Source: Chiloscyllium plagiosum (taxonomy: Eukaryota). Taken from it: a stretch of DNA of 34,443 bases. The stretch's first letter is position 1; the number at the start of each line of letters is the position of its first letter. The translations under genes and the position numbers were made by a program. A model generated the notes under the pieces. It did no database searches, was not told the origin of the DNA, and saw only the letters and a list, made by a program, of their open reading frames with translations. Of the stretch, positions 1 through 10,778 are shown piece after piece. The stretch spans positions 59,230,838-59,265,280 of the forward strand of contig NC_057718.1 of assembly GCF_004010195.1 (NCBI RefSeq), read 5' to 3'.

Positions 1-45
1 GCAAATTAAAAACATAACTGTTATCAGCACAATGGTGCACAATAC

Positions 46-138
46 CTCTTTGTGATTTCTGAAGCCTAGAAGTAAGTTTGCTGACTTGATATCACCATGG
101 ATGTATTCGTGTTCATGAATAAACTCCAAAATCTCAAG
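46..138 (-). CDS. VRK2: VRK2-like kinase coding exon (6th coding exon here; catalytic loop); gene continues beyond the left edge
   Basis: 93 nt between acceptor tttctgcAG and donor GTattg; translates LEILEFIHEHEYIHGDIKSANLLLGFRNHKE, containing the VRK catalytic loop HGDIKxxN. Confidence 0.93.
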
Positions 139-366
139 CTGCAGAAATGAAATTTTTTAAAATGAATATTAGTCTGTAAGATACGGAGAATAATACATTT
201 TCCTACAGGTTACATTATTCATGATTTAACAGTCGTAATAATAAGCTAACATAATCATGACCTGATCCACATTAACCATCCAGCTAACTCAGTCAACTCT
301 CTACCTCCCAAGATAATTTGATTTGCTATGGTCTGCAGCTTTCAATACAAATATACAAAGCAAGAG

Positions 367-536
367 TACAATTGCAACATTTAAGAGGCATTTGGATGGG
401 TATATGAATAGGAAGGGTTTGTAGGGACATGGGCCACGTGCTGGCAGGTGGGACTAGATTGGGTTGGGATATCTGGTTGGCATGGACAGATTGGACCGAA
501 GGATCTGTTTCCATGCTATACATCTCTATGACTCTA
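367..536 (+). mobile_element. CR1/HER1-type LINE 3' end
   Basis: Encodes TIATFKRHLDGYMNRKGL-like C-terminus, 3'UTR and ctctatgactcta tail. Confidence 0.85.
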
Positions 537-619
537 CTCGACCTCTTGAACCAGCACTGCCCATCAAAAGATAATGTCCAATCTGGTTGCCCCACATTCC
601 CACTCACCTACAATAACCT

Positions 620-1210
620 TTCACCCTCCTGTTTATAAAGAATCCTTCTAGCTCTGCCTTAAAAACATTCAGTCTGCTTCTTTCATCTTTTGGCTCTTGA
701 CACTGTGAGGAAAAAAACTGCATCTCATCTCTGTCTTAGATGGGTTATCCTTTATTTTTGAAGTGACCCTGAGTTGTAGAATCTCCCACAAGAGGAGAAC
801 TCCTTTCCACATCAACATTATCAAAACCTTTCAGGACCTTATATATTTCAGTAAAGTTGTCTCTCTCTAAATGCCAGAGGATTCAACCACAGCAGCCCAA
901 TCTTTCCTAAAGAAAACCTGCCCATTAAAGAAATTAGTCTGGTAAAACTTGCCTGAACGGCTTCTTACAATATATTTACATTCTCCCTTAAATATGGAGA
1001 GCACCAGTTATGGTCTCGTCAATGCCCTTTTTAGCTGAAGCATAACATCCCTTCTTTTTGTGTTCAAGTGTGCTTGTAATAAACATAATATTATATTTGC
1101 TTTCATAATTACACTCTGCACCTGCTCACTAATCTTCTGTGATCCATGCAGTGGCACACCCAGATCTCTCTGCATCTCGCAACTCTGCAATCTCTCACAT
1201 TTATTAGTAT
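620..1210 (-). mobile_element. Degenerate CR1 LINE fragment (ORF2 C-terminal region)
   Basis: QRDLGVPLHGSQKISEQVQSVIMKAN...DVMLQLKRALTRP is typical of CR1 ORF2. Confidence 0.8.
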
Positions 1211-1299
1211 GATTCTTTTCCATCCTTCACACAAACATTGATACTGACGGTGGAGGCTCCAATTTCTATCCATTACATGATTGACCAGGAAACTTGACT

Positions 1300-1440
1300 G
1301 CTCTTACCACTTGCCACTGGTCCATGCAGAAGGATTTAGAAGTTGATACCCAACTATTATGGACTCATTACCTTTCTTCTTGAGCAGGACTTGAACTCGG
1401 AGCTTCTGGCTCCAAGGCAGGGATGCTATCCATAGCACCT
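1300..1440 (-). mobile_element. Old tRNA-derived SINE
   Basis: Minus strand reads ggtgctatggatagc...gagttcaagtcc, resembling A and B boxes; degenerate, left boundary approximate. Confidence 0.45.
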
Positions 1441-1733
1441 GGTACTGTACAAATCACAACCAATAACAAACCAAATGGCGAAAACATCTCTGAAATTTAA
1501 GTTAGCTTATTGCCTCACCTCCAAAGTTTTAATAATAAGAATTTTTCAAAGTTGGTAAATCATGTTGATGTGCAATTGCACAGGTTCCTCTCATGCATTA
1601 CACTGGTTAATTCCTCTTATGCAAAAACCCAGAGACAGACCGGTCTTTAAATGAATGAATCATGTACAAACCTAAACTGGAGTTCACCAAGCTCCTTTAT
1701 ATCTGCATCGCTAGCAGGTGTCTTGGAAATATT

Positions 1734-1835
1734 AGGAGAAAGTGCAGATGCTGGAGATCAGAGTCAAAAGGTGTGATGCTAGAAAAGCACAGGCAGCATC
1801 CGAGCAGCAGGATGGAGAGCTTAAGCATGAAACGG
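1734..1835 (-). mobile_element. Penelope-like element 3' terminal fragment
   Basis: 1734-1812 is the reverse complement of the PLE tail at ~14575-14663; exact 12-bp TSD cttggaaatatt at 1722-1733 and 1836-1847. Confidence 0.8.
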
Positions 1836-3199
1836 CTTGGAAATATTGCCTACAGAGATAAGCCATGCCAAGGAAGGTGAAGCAAAGCATGTCAATTTAC
1901 AAGCCTAGTTGATAGCTAGTCAGCACACATAAAAAGTTTAATCACATTTCCTTATTTATCCTGCATTTAACCTTCACTAGTGTTAAGCATTTTTAGATCA
2001 TTAATAATGTGCAACATTTGAATTCAGCTGATTTTCATTTCTCCTGACTTTAAGTAGATACAAGTTTAAGGACCACTTATCTAAAGAGATTCTAGTACTG
2101 TCAGAACTATAAATCAGTCGGCTAAACAGGATCTAATTCTTTCAAAATATTTGCTGCATCCTTATGTCTTAATGTTGATAAGCTACAAATATGAGCATTT
2201 CACACTACTGCTGTATAATAAAAATGCAATTCAGTAACTTCATCCTCAAAAACTCCCAGAAATGCAGGACACGACAATCTGCAATATCTAAAATTTACGA
2301 ATGTCTAAATTTCTCCATTCCTTTAAAGGAATTAACTCCAACACCACTTAAAATTAACTACACAGTGCAAAACTGGAGTCCATAAGGATCTGACCAGTCA
2401 AGGACATAAAATTCTCTTCCCTGAAGGTCCTGACTGAATCAATTCAATTTAAACAGCCATCTGGCACATCTCACTGTCATTTCTGCTCTAAACCAGATTT
2501 ATTGGCTTGAACAACATTGAGACTGTCAGCTTTTAAGCTCTCAGTTATAGTGCAGTATGAGAACCACTCGACTATCATACCATCAACCAAGGATAAATAG
2601 GCAAACTCGGAAATAACTGGTATGGAGTTCCAACCCGGTCTTGCACATCTTAAAACAGAATTGTTGTACAGACCAATGCGATCATTTCCAGGTTTAATGG
2701 ATTCTCCTCTAGGACCCATCACACGCCTGCTTCTGACTTTGCAGCTAGGGTTATTAGAAAGTAATATGCAGCTGGAACCCTGGCTTATATTTTTCTTCTC
2801 ACTAGCCTGGGGTGAAGACGGAAATCTTTGGACTCAAGGGTCTGCCTTGTCTGAGAGACCAGTAAAATAGAAAGATCAGACTTATCATTTATAAGTTATG
2901 TCATGCATTTCTTCCCAACATCAAAGATATTTCGGAAATACTTTGATATTTGGAATCCTAAAGGGAATAAAAATGGCCATGTAGGAGTGCAAATACATAG
3001 GAGCTGGTCTACCATGTTACATTAACAGTTGTTCTTGTCCATCTGATTCTGTCCATAGATTGTCTGATTAACCCAGGTACTCATCTTCATGTAGATGATT
3101 CAGTTGTTTCACGATGGGAGATAACACCCAGAATTCCCTCATCTGGCGTCCTATTGGTACAATATTTCACCCAATCATTATGCATGCCCAAATACTTAC

Positions 3200-3308
3200 C
3201 AGTCGACTGCCTATCAGCAAAACAGTTGTTTTACTCAATCGGTTTCCACTTGCTTCCAGCACTTTTTGCAAATCTACACCAAGTCTGTCTAATACCATGA
3301 ACCGATAG
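3200..3308 (-). CDS. VRK2: VRK2-like kinase coding exon (5th)
   Basis: 109 nt, acceptor cttttgttttctttacAG, donor GTaagt; (S)YRFMVLDRLGVDLQKVLEASGNRLSKTTVLLIGSRL; phases fit both neighbours. Confidence 0.93.
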
Positions 3309-3390
3309 CTGTAAAGAAAACAAAAGTCACCATTTCAAAGAGATAGGGATGGTCTGGCATTTACTGGCAATAAATCTGGAACTTTCTCAC

Positions 3391-3478
3391 CTTTTCCCAT
3401 TGTGTTCAACCAATCCTGATCCCCAATAAGCAGGTATGCCTAAGAAACTCAACTGGTGATCCTTCATCCATTTCTTTA
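3391..3478 (-). CDS. VRK2: VRK2-like kinase coding exon (4th)
   Basis: 88 nt, acceptor tttctttatcAG, donor GTgaga; (I)KKWMKDHQLSFLGIPAYWGSGLVEHNGK(S). Confidence 0.93.
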
Positions 3479-3805
3479 CTGATAAAGAAATACACAAACA
3501 AAAGAAAAACTTCATTAAAATGTTTGTACCTTCTTTCTCTAAAACTAAGCATACCGAATTTATTTCTTTATGATCTTAATCGTAGTGTTGCAATTACGTT
3601 TCAGTTACTATTTTCCTTATTCTTAATCTGTAGAATAAAGACAATGATGACATGCAGGCTTTCACCCTGAACATACTGATGCAGTAATTTTAAAAAAAAG
3701 CTATACAAAGGCATTACACTATGCATAAATTCCTCCTCATTAAATACAAGTACAGTCCCACAAATAAAACGAGCATTTAGCACACTCTACATCATAGTTA
3801 CCCAC

Positions 3806-3875
3806 TGTGCTCAGATTTCGCCACTCTCTGATAAAATTTCAGCTCTGTGAACAAGGGCCCATTATCCTGGTGCTC
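3806..3875 (-). CDS. VRK2: VRK2-like kinase coding exon (3rd; alphaC region)
   Basis: 70 nt, acceptor cttgttttcAG, donor GTgggt; EHQDNGPLFTELKFYQRVAKSEH (VRK motif NGPLFxELKFYQR). Confidence 0.93.
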
Positions 3876-4391
3876 CTGAAAACAAGAGGTACCTCTTATA
3901 ATAGTGCATTCATACAAAAGAGTAAGAGAATTGGCATCAAATAAACAGGTGGCTCTTCTTGTCTCACCTTTATTGCACAAAGTAGTAACATTCAAGTTCC
4001 GATTCTGCTTGTGTCCCAGCAAGAAATTATATATTATTAAACTGTTATCCTAACTAGGAGCCTTCAAAGTTCAAACCATAGTCAATGTTCAGGTAGCTGA
4101 TCTGGCACAACAACTAACGTCGGTATCTATGAGTTACAGCTACTACATTTCCAAATTTTAATATGTATCTGACCATTACAATTGTAAATTACACTTATGT
4201 AGGCGTGAATCAGGACAGGATCCCACTTAGCAGTGATTGATGCTATAACAGACAGCTAGTCCACTGACTCTTATTGTCTCGGTTCACATGCAAAAAATAA
4301 ACTACATGAAAAAGACACTGGAAGAATACAATCACTCATTGACTTTACACCTCATGATCAGGTGGTCACAAATCAACAGGAAGGGACAAGT

Positions 4392-4520
4392 TAGGAGCAA
4401 GTTACTGCAGATGCTGGAATCTGTAGTAAAAACAAAAAATGTTTGGATATCACAGCAGGTCAGTCAGCATCCACGGAGAGAGAGCAAGCTAACGTTGAGT
4501 CTAGATGACTCTTCATCAGA
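4392..4520 (-). mobile_element. Short PLE-type terminal element with degenerate hammerhead motif
   Basis: Shares the actgcagatgctgga tail with other PLE ends; minus strand CTGATGA-A-GAGTC-atcta-GACTC-AACGTT; homologous to 26583-26706. Confidence 0.7.
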
Positions 4521-4630
4521 GAAGTTGATCGGACACTGCCCATAGACCATGTGCCAGAGGCTGAAGGTGATAGCTTTGGTCTTATTACACTAAAATAAAG
4601 TATAACCCATCCAGAGGGCATAGTAGAATA

Positions 4631-5294
4631 CAGGGGAACCTCGATGGGCGCGTTTTCGCTTGGATAATCGATTATTCAGTTAATCAATTAAATGTCTTTC
4701 CTCTGGGGCTCGGAGTTTTTAAAGTCTGCTCCACGTTCAGGACACTGAGCAGCACATAGTGCGAGACCCCACTCTCAACTCCGCCTAACACCACCCCCCG
4801 CCCCCCCAACCCCACGCAGACAAGGGAGAATGTACAAACTCTACACAGTTTTGCCCAAGGCTGGAATCGAACCTGGGACCTTGGTGCTGTGAGGCAGCAG
4901 TGCTAACCACTGAGCCGCCATGCCTTTGTGGGGTAAGTCTCCATAAAGCGCGCGCACACACACACACATCTTTTTACGGCAACTTTTTGACAAGTTTCAC
5001 CTCTGCCCTGTACAGGACAATGTTGGTCAGATTATCTGGGGAAGTGGGGGGGCGTGGGCGGGAGGGGGGGTGTTTAGGGTACACCTCTATGTAGAACTCC
5101 AGGGAAAGTGTGGCGAGAGAGAGAGAACGGGAGGTCAGTCATTTGGAAACGGTGCCTGTTTAATCACTGTTAACCAAAGACACGTCACTGTTGGCAACAC
5201 GTCTTTGATGCAATGTTTCTATCGGGACCTCGAGATCTCCTTCGGATAATCCGATTTTCGGATAATTGGTGTTCAGATAATCGAGGTTCCTCTG
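4631..5294. mobile_element. Non-autonomous Tc1/mariner-pogo (Tigger-like) DNA transposon containing a SINE fragment
   Basis: TIRs CAGGGGAACCTCGAT / ATCGAGGTTCCTCTG flanked by TA on both sides (4629-4630, 5295-5296). Confidence 0.75.
4811..4924 (-). mobile_element. HE1/V-SINE 5' fragment
   Basis: tRNA-like head GGCTCAGTGGTTAGCACTGCTGCCTCACAGC...GGTTCGATTCC plus start of the central domain. Confidence 0.85.
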
Positions 5295-5361
5295 TACCAG
5301 GAATGTAACATGACCAAGCATTGCCCCTGTTCTGGTTCAGCTGCTGCTGGATCTCTCTCTC

Positions 5362-5683
5362 ACTCCCTACAGTATAGAAACAGGCCGTTTGGCCCAACAA
5401 GTCCTTACCGACCCGTCCGAAGAGTAACCCACCCACACCCTTTCCCCTTCCCTGTATTTCCCCCTGACTAATGCACCTAACACTACTGGCAATTTAGCAT
5501 GGCGAATTCACCTGACCTGAACATCTTTGGACTGTGGGAGGAAACCCGAGTACCCAGAGGAAACCAACGCAGACACGGGGAGAATGTGCAAACTCCACAC
5601 AGACAGTTACCCAAGGCTGCAATTAAACCAGGTCCCTGGCGCTGTGAGGTAGCAGTACTAACCACTGTGCCACCGTGCCGCCC
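5362..5683 (-). mobile_element. HE1/V-SINE, near full length
   Basis: tRNA head, V-domain-like core (GGAGTTTGCACATTCTCCCCGTGTCTGCG...CCTCCCACAGTCCAAAGATG) and LINE-derived tail. Confidence 0.9.
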
Positions 5684-5714
5684 CTATGAGGTCATCCAAA
5701 ACTATGTAGTTCAA

Positions 5715-6175
5715 GTCTTAACTTGCATTTGGTCCCATTCATCCATCACTCCTGGGTTCACAGACATACAATGGCTCATGGGCAAGCAACATTTTGGTGT
5801 TAAAATGCTCAACCCATCAAGGCCTCATGTCTCTCGACTCTGGAATCTCTCCCAGGCCCACAACCCACTGAGATATGTGCACTCCTCCTATTCTGGGCAC
5901 TTCTGATTACAATCACTCCATCATTGATGGCCATGACTCCAGCTACCGAGGCTCTAAGCTCTGGGATAGTCTCTCATTCTCTCTCTCTCTCCTTCTCTGC
6001 CTCTCTCTCTCTCTCTCTCTCTTTTCTCCTTTGGGACATTATAAACTCTCTCTTTGAATAGGCTTTTAGTCATTTCTCTATGTGGCTTTGGGTGATATTT
6101 TGTTTTAGAATGCTTCTGGTAAGAGTCTGGACCATTTTATTACAGTAAATATCCAAAATAAAATAGAAATCTGTT
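5715..6175 (+). mobile_element. Degenerate L2-type LINE 3' end containing a (TC)n tract at ~5970-6022
   Basis: Remnants of ITP....QWL...KIL and KLWDSL motifs plus an L2-like 3'UTR. Confidence 0.6.
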
Positions 6176-6234
6176 TTTCCTGATGATTATAATTTCAACC
6201 AAATCATAGCTTAAAGATTACTGAGAGTACTTAC

Positions 6235-6290
6235 TATTTTAACGACATACATGGCATCATCACCAACATTGTCTTCTGTCGCAGGAGAAG
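6235..6290 (-). CDS. VRK2: VRK2-like kinase coding exon (2nd; catalytic Lys)
   Basis: 56 nt, acceptor ttatttctAG, donor GTaagt; (A)SPATEDNVGDDAMYVVKI. Confidence 0.9.
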
Positions 6291-6339
6291 CTAGAAATAA
6301 TTTGGAAGAGATTAGTTAAAATAAATTATTTAAAATAAA

Positions 6340-6452
6340 GGGATATGGGCCAAATGCTGCAAATGGATCTATATCAGTTTAGGATGTCTGATCAGCATGG
6401 ACAGGGTGGACTGAAAGGTCTGCTTCCATGCTGTAGAACTCTATGGCTCTAT
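6340..6452 (+). mobile_element. CR1/HER1 LINE 3' tail
   Basis: gggatatgggccaaatgc...ccatgctgtagaactctatggctcta, homologous to 425-536. Confidence 0.8.
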
Positions 6453-7476
6453 AAATAAAAGGTAACAAGATCAAAACAAAAGTGAACAGTAATTATCAAA
6501 ACAAAACATCATCACTGGATTGCCAACTGAAGAATGACAGTGAAATAGAAACTTGATGACCAGTTACTTTAATGCTTGTTCCTGCAGTAGAACTTCCCTA
6601 ACTCAGGCCTGTAAGTATCTATTTTCTGTTTTACATTGGGAAGCCAAAGCATTGCAATGACGTACTGCAAGGCACGTTCCAGTCCAGTGTGCTCACTCAA
6701 CAAGAAGCAGGCACTATTGGCTAATAGGAGGTTCCTCACTACATTATATCACAAGATTGTAACCAAATAGTGCAGGGAACTTATAAAATTAGATCCCTGA
6801 TTTTATTTAAAATTAGTTGATCTCAGTCAAGATATTAGTGGTAATGTGGCAATGACTATGCATCAGAGCAAAAAAAACTCTCCATTTATAATTATTAAGC
6901 AGTATTTTTGATGCACTGTTTAGTAAAAGGATGAGATAGCATTCCATCCATAATTAGATCAGAAGCTTGACATTAATCAAGTTATTACAGTGAAAATACC
7001 TGTTGAGCATCATGCTGATAGGGTTAGTTGTACAAATAAAAATAGAATGACATGTCACATGCTTCAGTTCTATCCTTTAAGAGTCAAAATTGGACTGAAT
7101 TGGAGTAGGCTAGTCAGTCCAACTAGCCTGCTCTGTTATTGGTTAATCTTATTTCTCCCATCTGCTTTATATTCTTTGGAATCCCTATTTCTCAATTAAG
7201 TATGTATTTTTTTTTCAAAACATTAATTTTTTTCAATTACTTAAATTCAGGTGTCTCCGTGGGGAATCAATGATGAATGCTCTTCAGGGGTTCCCTATCC
7301 CTCCCAAAATAGAAGGGGCAACCCAAAGTTATAGACAACAAAGTAGTTTCCTACTTTGGTAATCCAGTACCAAATTCCAGACTCAAGATCACACTGTTTT
7401 AGCGAGTTTTGAGAAGATTTGTAGCTCAGGTTGAGGTTCTGGATGTAAATTTGCTCGCTGAGCTGGAAGGTTTGTT

Positions 7477-7518
7477 TTCAGATGTTTCAACACCATACTG
7501 GGTAACATCATCAGTGAA
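7477..7518 (-). ncRNA. Minimal type I hammerhead ribozyme motif (partly decayed)
   Basis: UUCA-CUGAUGA-U-GUUACC-CAGUAU-GGUGUU-GAAAC-AUC-UGAA: core boxes intact, 4-bp stem I. Confidence 0.65.
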
Positions 7519-7705
7519 CCTCCAGTGAAGCAATGGTGTTAGTGACCCGCTTTCTATTTGTGTGTTTAGGTTTCCTTGGGCTGGTGACATCATTTCAGAG
7601 GAAAAGACCTCCAAGAAAAAGAACAGGAAATGACATCACCGACCCTAGGAAACCTAAACACATAAATAGAAAGCAGGTCATTAACACCAGTGCCTCACTG
7701 GAGGC

Positions 7706-7745
7706 TCACTGATGATGTTACCTAGTATGGTGACAAAATGTCTGA
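7706..7745 (+). ncRNA. Minimal hammerhead ribozyme motif (CpG-decayed core)
   Basis: UCA-CUGAUGA-U-GUUACC-UAGUAU-GGUGAC-AAAAU-GUC-UGA; two CpG-type transitions from GAC-GAAAC-GUC. Confidence 0.55.
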
Positions 7746-8347
7746 AAACGAACCTTCCAGCTCAGCGAGCAACCTTACTTCCTCACACTGGCTTTTCAAA
7801 ACAAAGTTATTGTTCAAGTTTCTGCTCAAACTACTTGGCAGAGCTTCACAAGGCAAAACCTCGCATGATGCAGTGTGTTTAGGCAAAGTTTTTGAATGGA
7901 ATTGTGTGTTTTTTGCCTTGCAATGAAAAATATTCGGGATATAGTTAAGTGTGGGAATCTGATTCTCATTTTACAAATATAAATAAAAGTGATTAAATAC
8001 AATAAGTAAACATTTTGCCAGGTGTACAGTCTAACACCTAAGTAAACTGATTTTAAGCAACTGAAAATGATGAACAAAACTGTACATCATTTATTAGTTT
8101 CACTGGTACATACTATCCAGATTATTGGCATATTTAGCAACTTGTGAAAAAGGTACCTCGAAGACTTTTGCTGGTAACTGGCAAGTATCGTACACACCAT
8201 GCAAGTGCTGGCAACAATTATTTTTAACAAGCAAGAACCTAATTATCATCCCTTGACATTCAATGACATTGCAATCACTGTATCCCCTACTGTCAACATT
8301 TGTAGAGTTACCACTGACATGAAACTAAACCAGTCCAGCCATGCAAA

Positions 8348-8611
8348 GGGAAGCATGGAGGCTCAGTGGTTAGCACTGTTCAATTCTACCCCCGGGTGAA
8401 TGTCTGTGTAAAGTTTATATATTTTCCCTATGTCGGTGTCAGTTTTCTCCAGGTGCTCCAGATTCCTCCCACAGTCCAAAGATGTGCAGGTTAGGTGGAA
8501 TAGCCATAGGAAATGCAGGTTTACAGGGATAGGGTAGGAGTGGGATGCTCTTTGTAGGGTCAGTGTAACTGGATGGGCCAAATGGACTCTTTCTTCACTG
8601 TAGGGATTCTA
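8348..8611 (+). mobile_element. HE1/V-SINE (degenerate)
   Basis: GGCTCAGTGGTTAGCACTG head, CCTCCCACAGTCCAAAGATGTGCAGG core and LINE-like tail. Confidence 0.85.
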
Positions 8612-8661
8612 CATAAATACTGTGGGTCAGGAAAACTCAGAATCTGGGAATTCTGAGGTTA

Positions 8662-9375
8662 GTACTATTAATTTGCTGCATGTATTTATGAAAATATTGT
8701 GAAATGTGTATAGGTCGTCATAAGCCTGCGCCATTTTAATTTAATAGGAATAAATCAATAAAAATAAATCATACAAAGTTGGGACAAATTCCATCCACGG
8801 CTTCTTGATTTCCTAAGTGGCAATGGGAAACTGCCACACTCCACAGCTGCCAAATCATTCCCTGAGGCAGCAACTCCAAGGAGTCAGCACACTAAAGCAG
8901 CCCCCACTGCTTCTGACCGAACCCAGAACTCCGCCTCTGCCAAAGCTGCCTAATTGCTGCCGATACACCAGCCCCCGCCAGAGCCAGGAGACTGTCCCAA
9001 CTCTCTGGGACTGGACTCATTTCAACTTCCAAGAACCACTTCATCATCCAAATTAAATCCCATGGACTGAGAAACCATTCATTCCACCACTGTTGCAGAC
9101 GCCACCAAAACATCAGAGCAAAAGAGCAGACGCCAATTCATCAACGCCCGACCAGTTCCTCAAACCTCAACTGCCATGGCCACAAGAAATGGATTGGATT
9201 TGCCACTCAACAGCTCCCCACAACCTCTCTCCAGACAATGCAGCCACTGAAAGAAGAATAAGTGAATTTGATTCAAAAGTTAAAATGAAGAAAATAAAAT
9301 CAAATAAAAGAAGGATGCAGTTGGTCATGGGCTGGGAGCCTGAACACCTCCTACGCTGCCGCCTCTGCCATCTTG
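8662..9375 (-). mobile_element. Unclassified non-coding insertion, probably a non-autonomous retroelement
   Basis: Interrupts the collinear LINE; minus strand starts CAAGATGGC (YY1-like) with a GC-rich head and ends in an AT-rich tail. Confidence 0.4.
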
Positions 9376-9764
9376 CAAATAACTCACCTCCTGACTCCAC
9401 AAACCCTGTCTACCACTACAAGGCAGAAGTCAGAAGTATGATACTGCTCTATACTGGTCTGGATGAATGCAGCTCCAACGACACTGAAGAAGCTCAACCA
9501 CCACATAGGTCAAACTCTACGGTCAATCGTGTTTAATTGCACTCATTTGTGATGATTCACATCCAAAGTGTGTGTTTCGTCATCACTTTACAGCTAATGG
9601 TGCTCTAATAGTTGTTTGGTAATATAGAACTTCAGCATTTCTCCAACCAACGAATGAATGCGACCTACTTTGTTGAAAATTTAAACAGGCACAGTGGATG
9701 TACAGTGCAAGAGTGGCAGGGGTAAGATTCTGTCTGTCAAGAAGAGGGACTTGCATATCACAGT

Positions 9765-10105
9765 CATCCCCTATTCTCTTTCCCCACTCTCTTGTCTCTC
9801 CACCCCATCCTCCTACCATCACTCCTCAGCCCCGTCTCCCTCCTCCACATCCCCTTCTCCTCCCTCAACCCATCTCCATTCTCCATCTCTGCACATCTTT
9901 CAACTGCCCTCACTAACTCTCTTTCTCTCTCTCTCCACCTTCCCTTTGTTCCTACATCTCCTCTAACACCCCTTTTCCCTATCTCCCACCCTGTTCCTCC
10001 TCTCTTTCTCCCCAATCACCCCTCTGTCTCATATCCATCATCCCTCTCTATCCCTACATCTCTCCATGATTCCTCCTCTTTTCCTCATTCTCCTCCCTCC
10101 TCAGC
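9765..10105 (+). repeat. Polypyrimidine (CT-rich) low-complexity tract
   Basis: About 340 bp that are strongly C/T-rich with very few G. Confidence 0.85.
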
Positions 10106-10653
10106 CATGTCTTGTTCCCTGTCCCGTTAATGTCAGGCATTGACCGGATTGGGACATTAGGTTGGAAGCTTGTTCTGCTCTGGTCCCAGTCCAGGCACCA
10201 TGTTATACTAAGGAATAGTGGAAGGGATACGCATGTGGGTTCAGGAATTCCCTCAGGGGTGTGGGGAGGTTTGGGAGTTCATGATTGGTTTGAGATGTTG
10301 GGTGGCTGGGTCTGAGTTTACAGGTAAGTGAGACATCAAGCAAAAAAGGTGAGAGTTTGCCTAGAGTGGCAGGGGTAAGAGTTTGGGTACCAGGGCAGCT
10401 CAACCTGGGAGATGGCTGATCTAGCTATCTTGGTGAAGTGTAATTTGTTTCATATGTAATATTACTGATGGAGCTACTCTGTCATCATTGTTTAAAGCAT
10501 AAATCCTGATTAAATTACCCAGTCCAGTCCTGAGTTTCATCACACGGTATGTGTGTGTGCGGGAGGTGTGGGGCAGCCTGAGTCTGTCAAGCTTTGAAGT
10601 ATTTGCAAATGATATTTTACCAATGTAGATGGGGTGATGTAGCTTTTCTTGAT

Positions 10654-10778
10654 AGGTAAAAGCAATGACTGCAGATGCTGGAAACCAGATTCTGGATTAG
10701 TGGTGCTGGAAGAGCACAGCAGTTCAGGCAGCATCCAAGGAGCAGCGAAATCGACGTTTCGGGCAAAAGCCCTTCATC
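10654..10778 (-). mobile_element. PLE 3' terminal fragment ending inside the hammerhead core
   Basis: Minus strand GATGA-A-GGGC-tttt-GCCC-GAAAC-GTC followed by the PLE tail; homologous to 14546-14660. Confidence 0.8.

Larger units (their letters stand above)
7400..7782 (-). mobile_element. Non-autonomous PLE-type element with inverted terminal repeats (fold-back) and two hammerhead motifs
   Basis: ~156-bp inverted arms 7441-7596 and 7627-7782, 30-nt spacer, ~40-nt unpaired tail 7400-7440, TSD tcacactg at 7389-7396 and 7783-7790. Confidence 0.75.

Noticed and set aside
9583..10130. Several overlapping ORFs
   Set aside because: Artefacts of a low-complexity CT tract lacking stop codons
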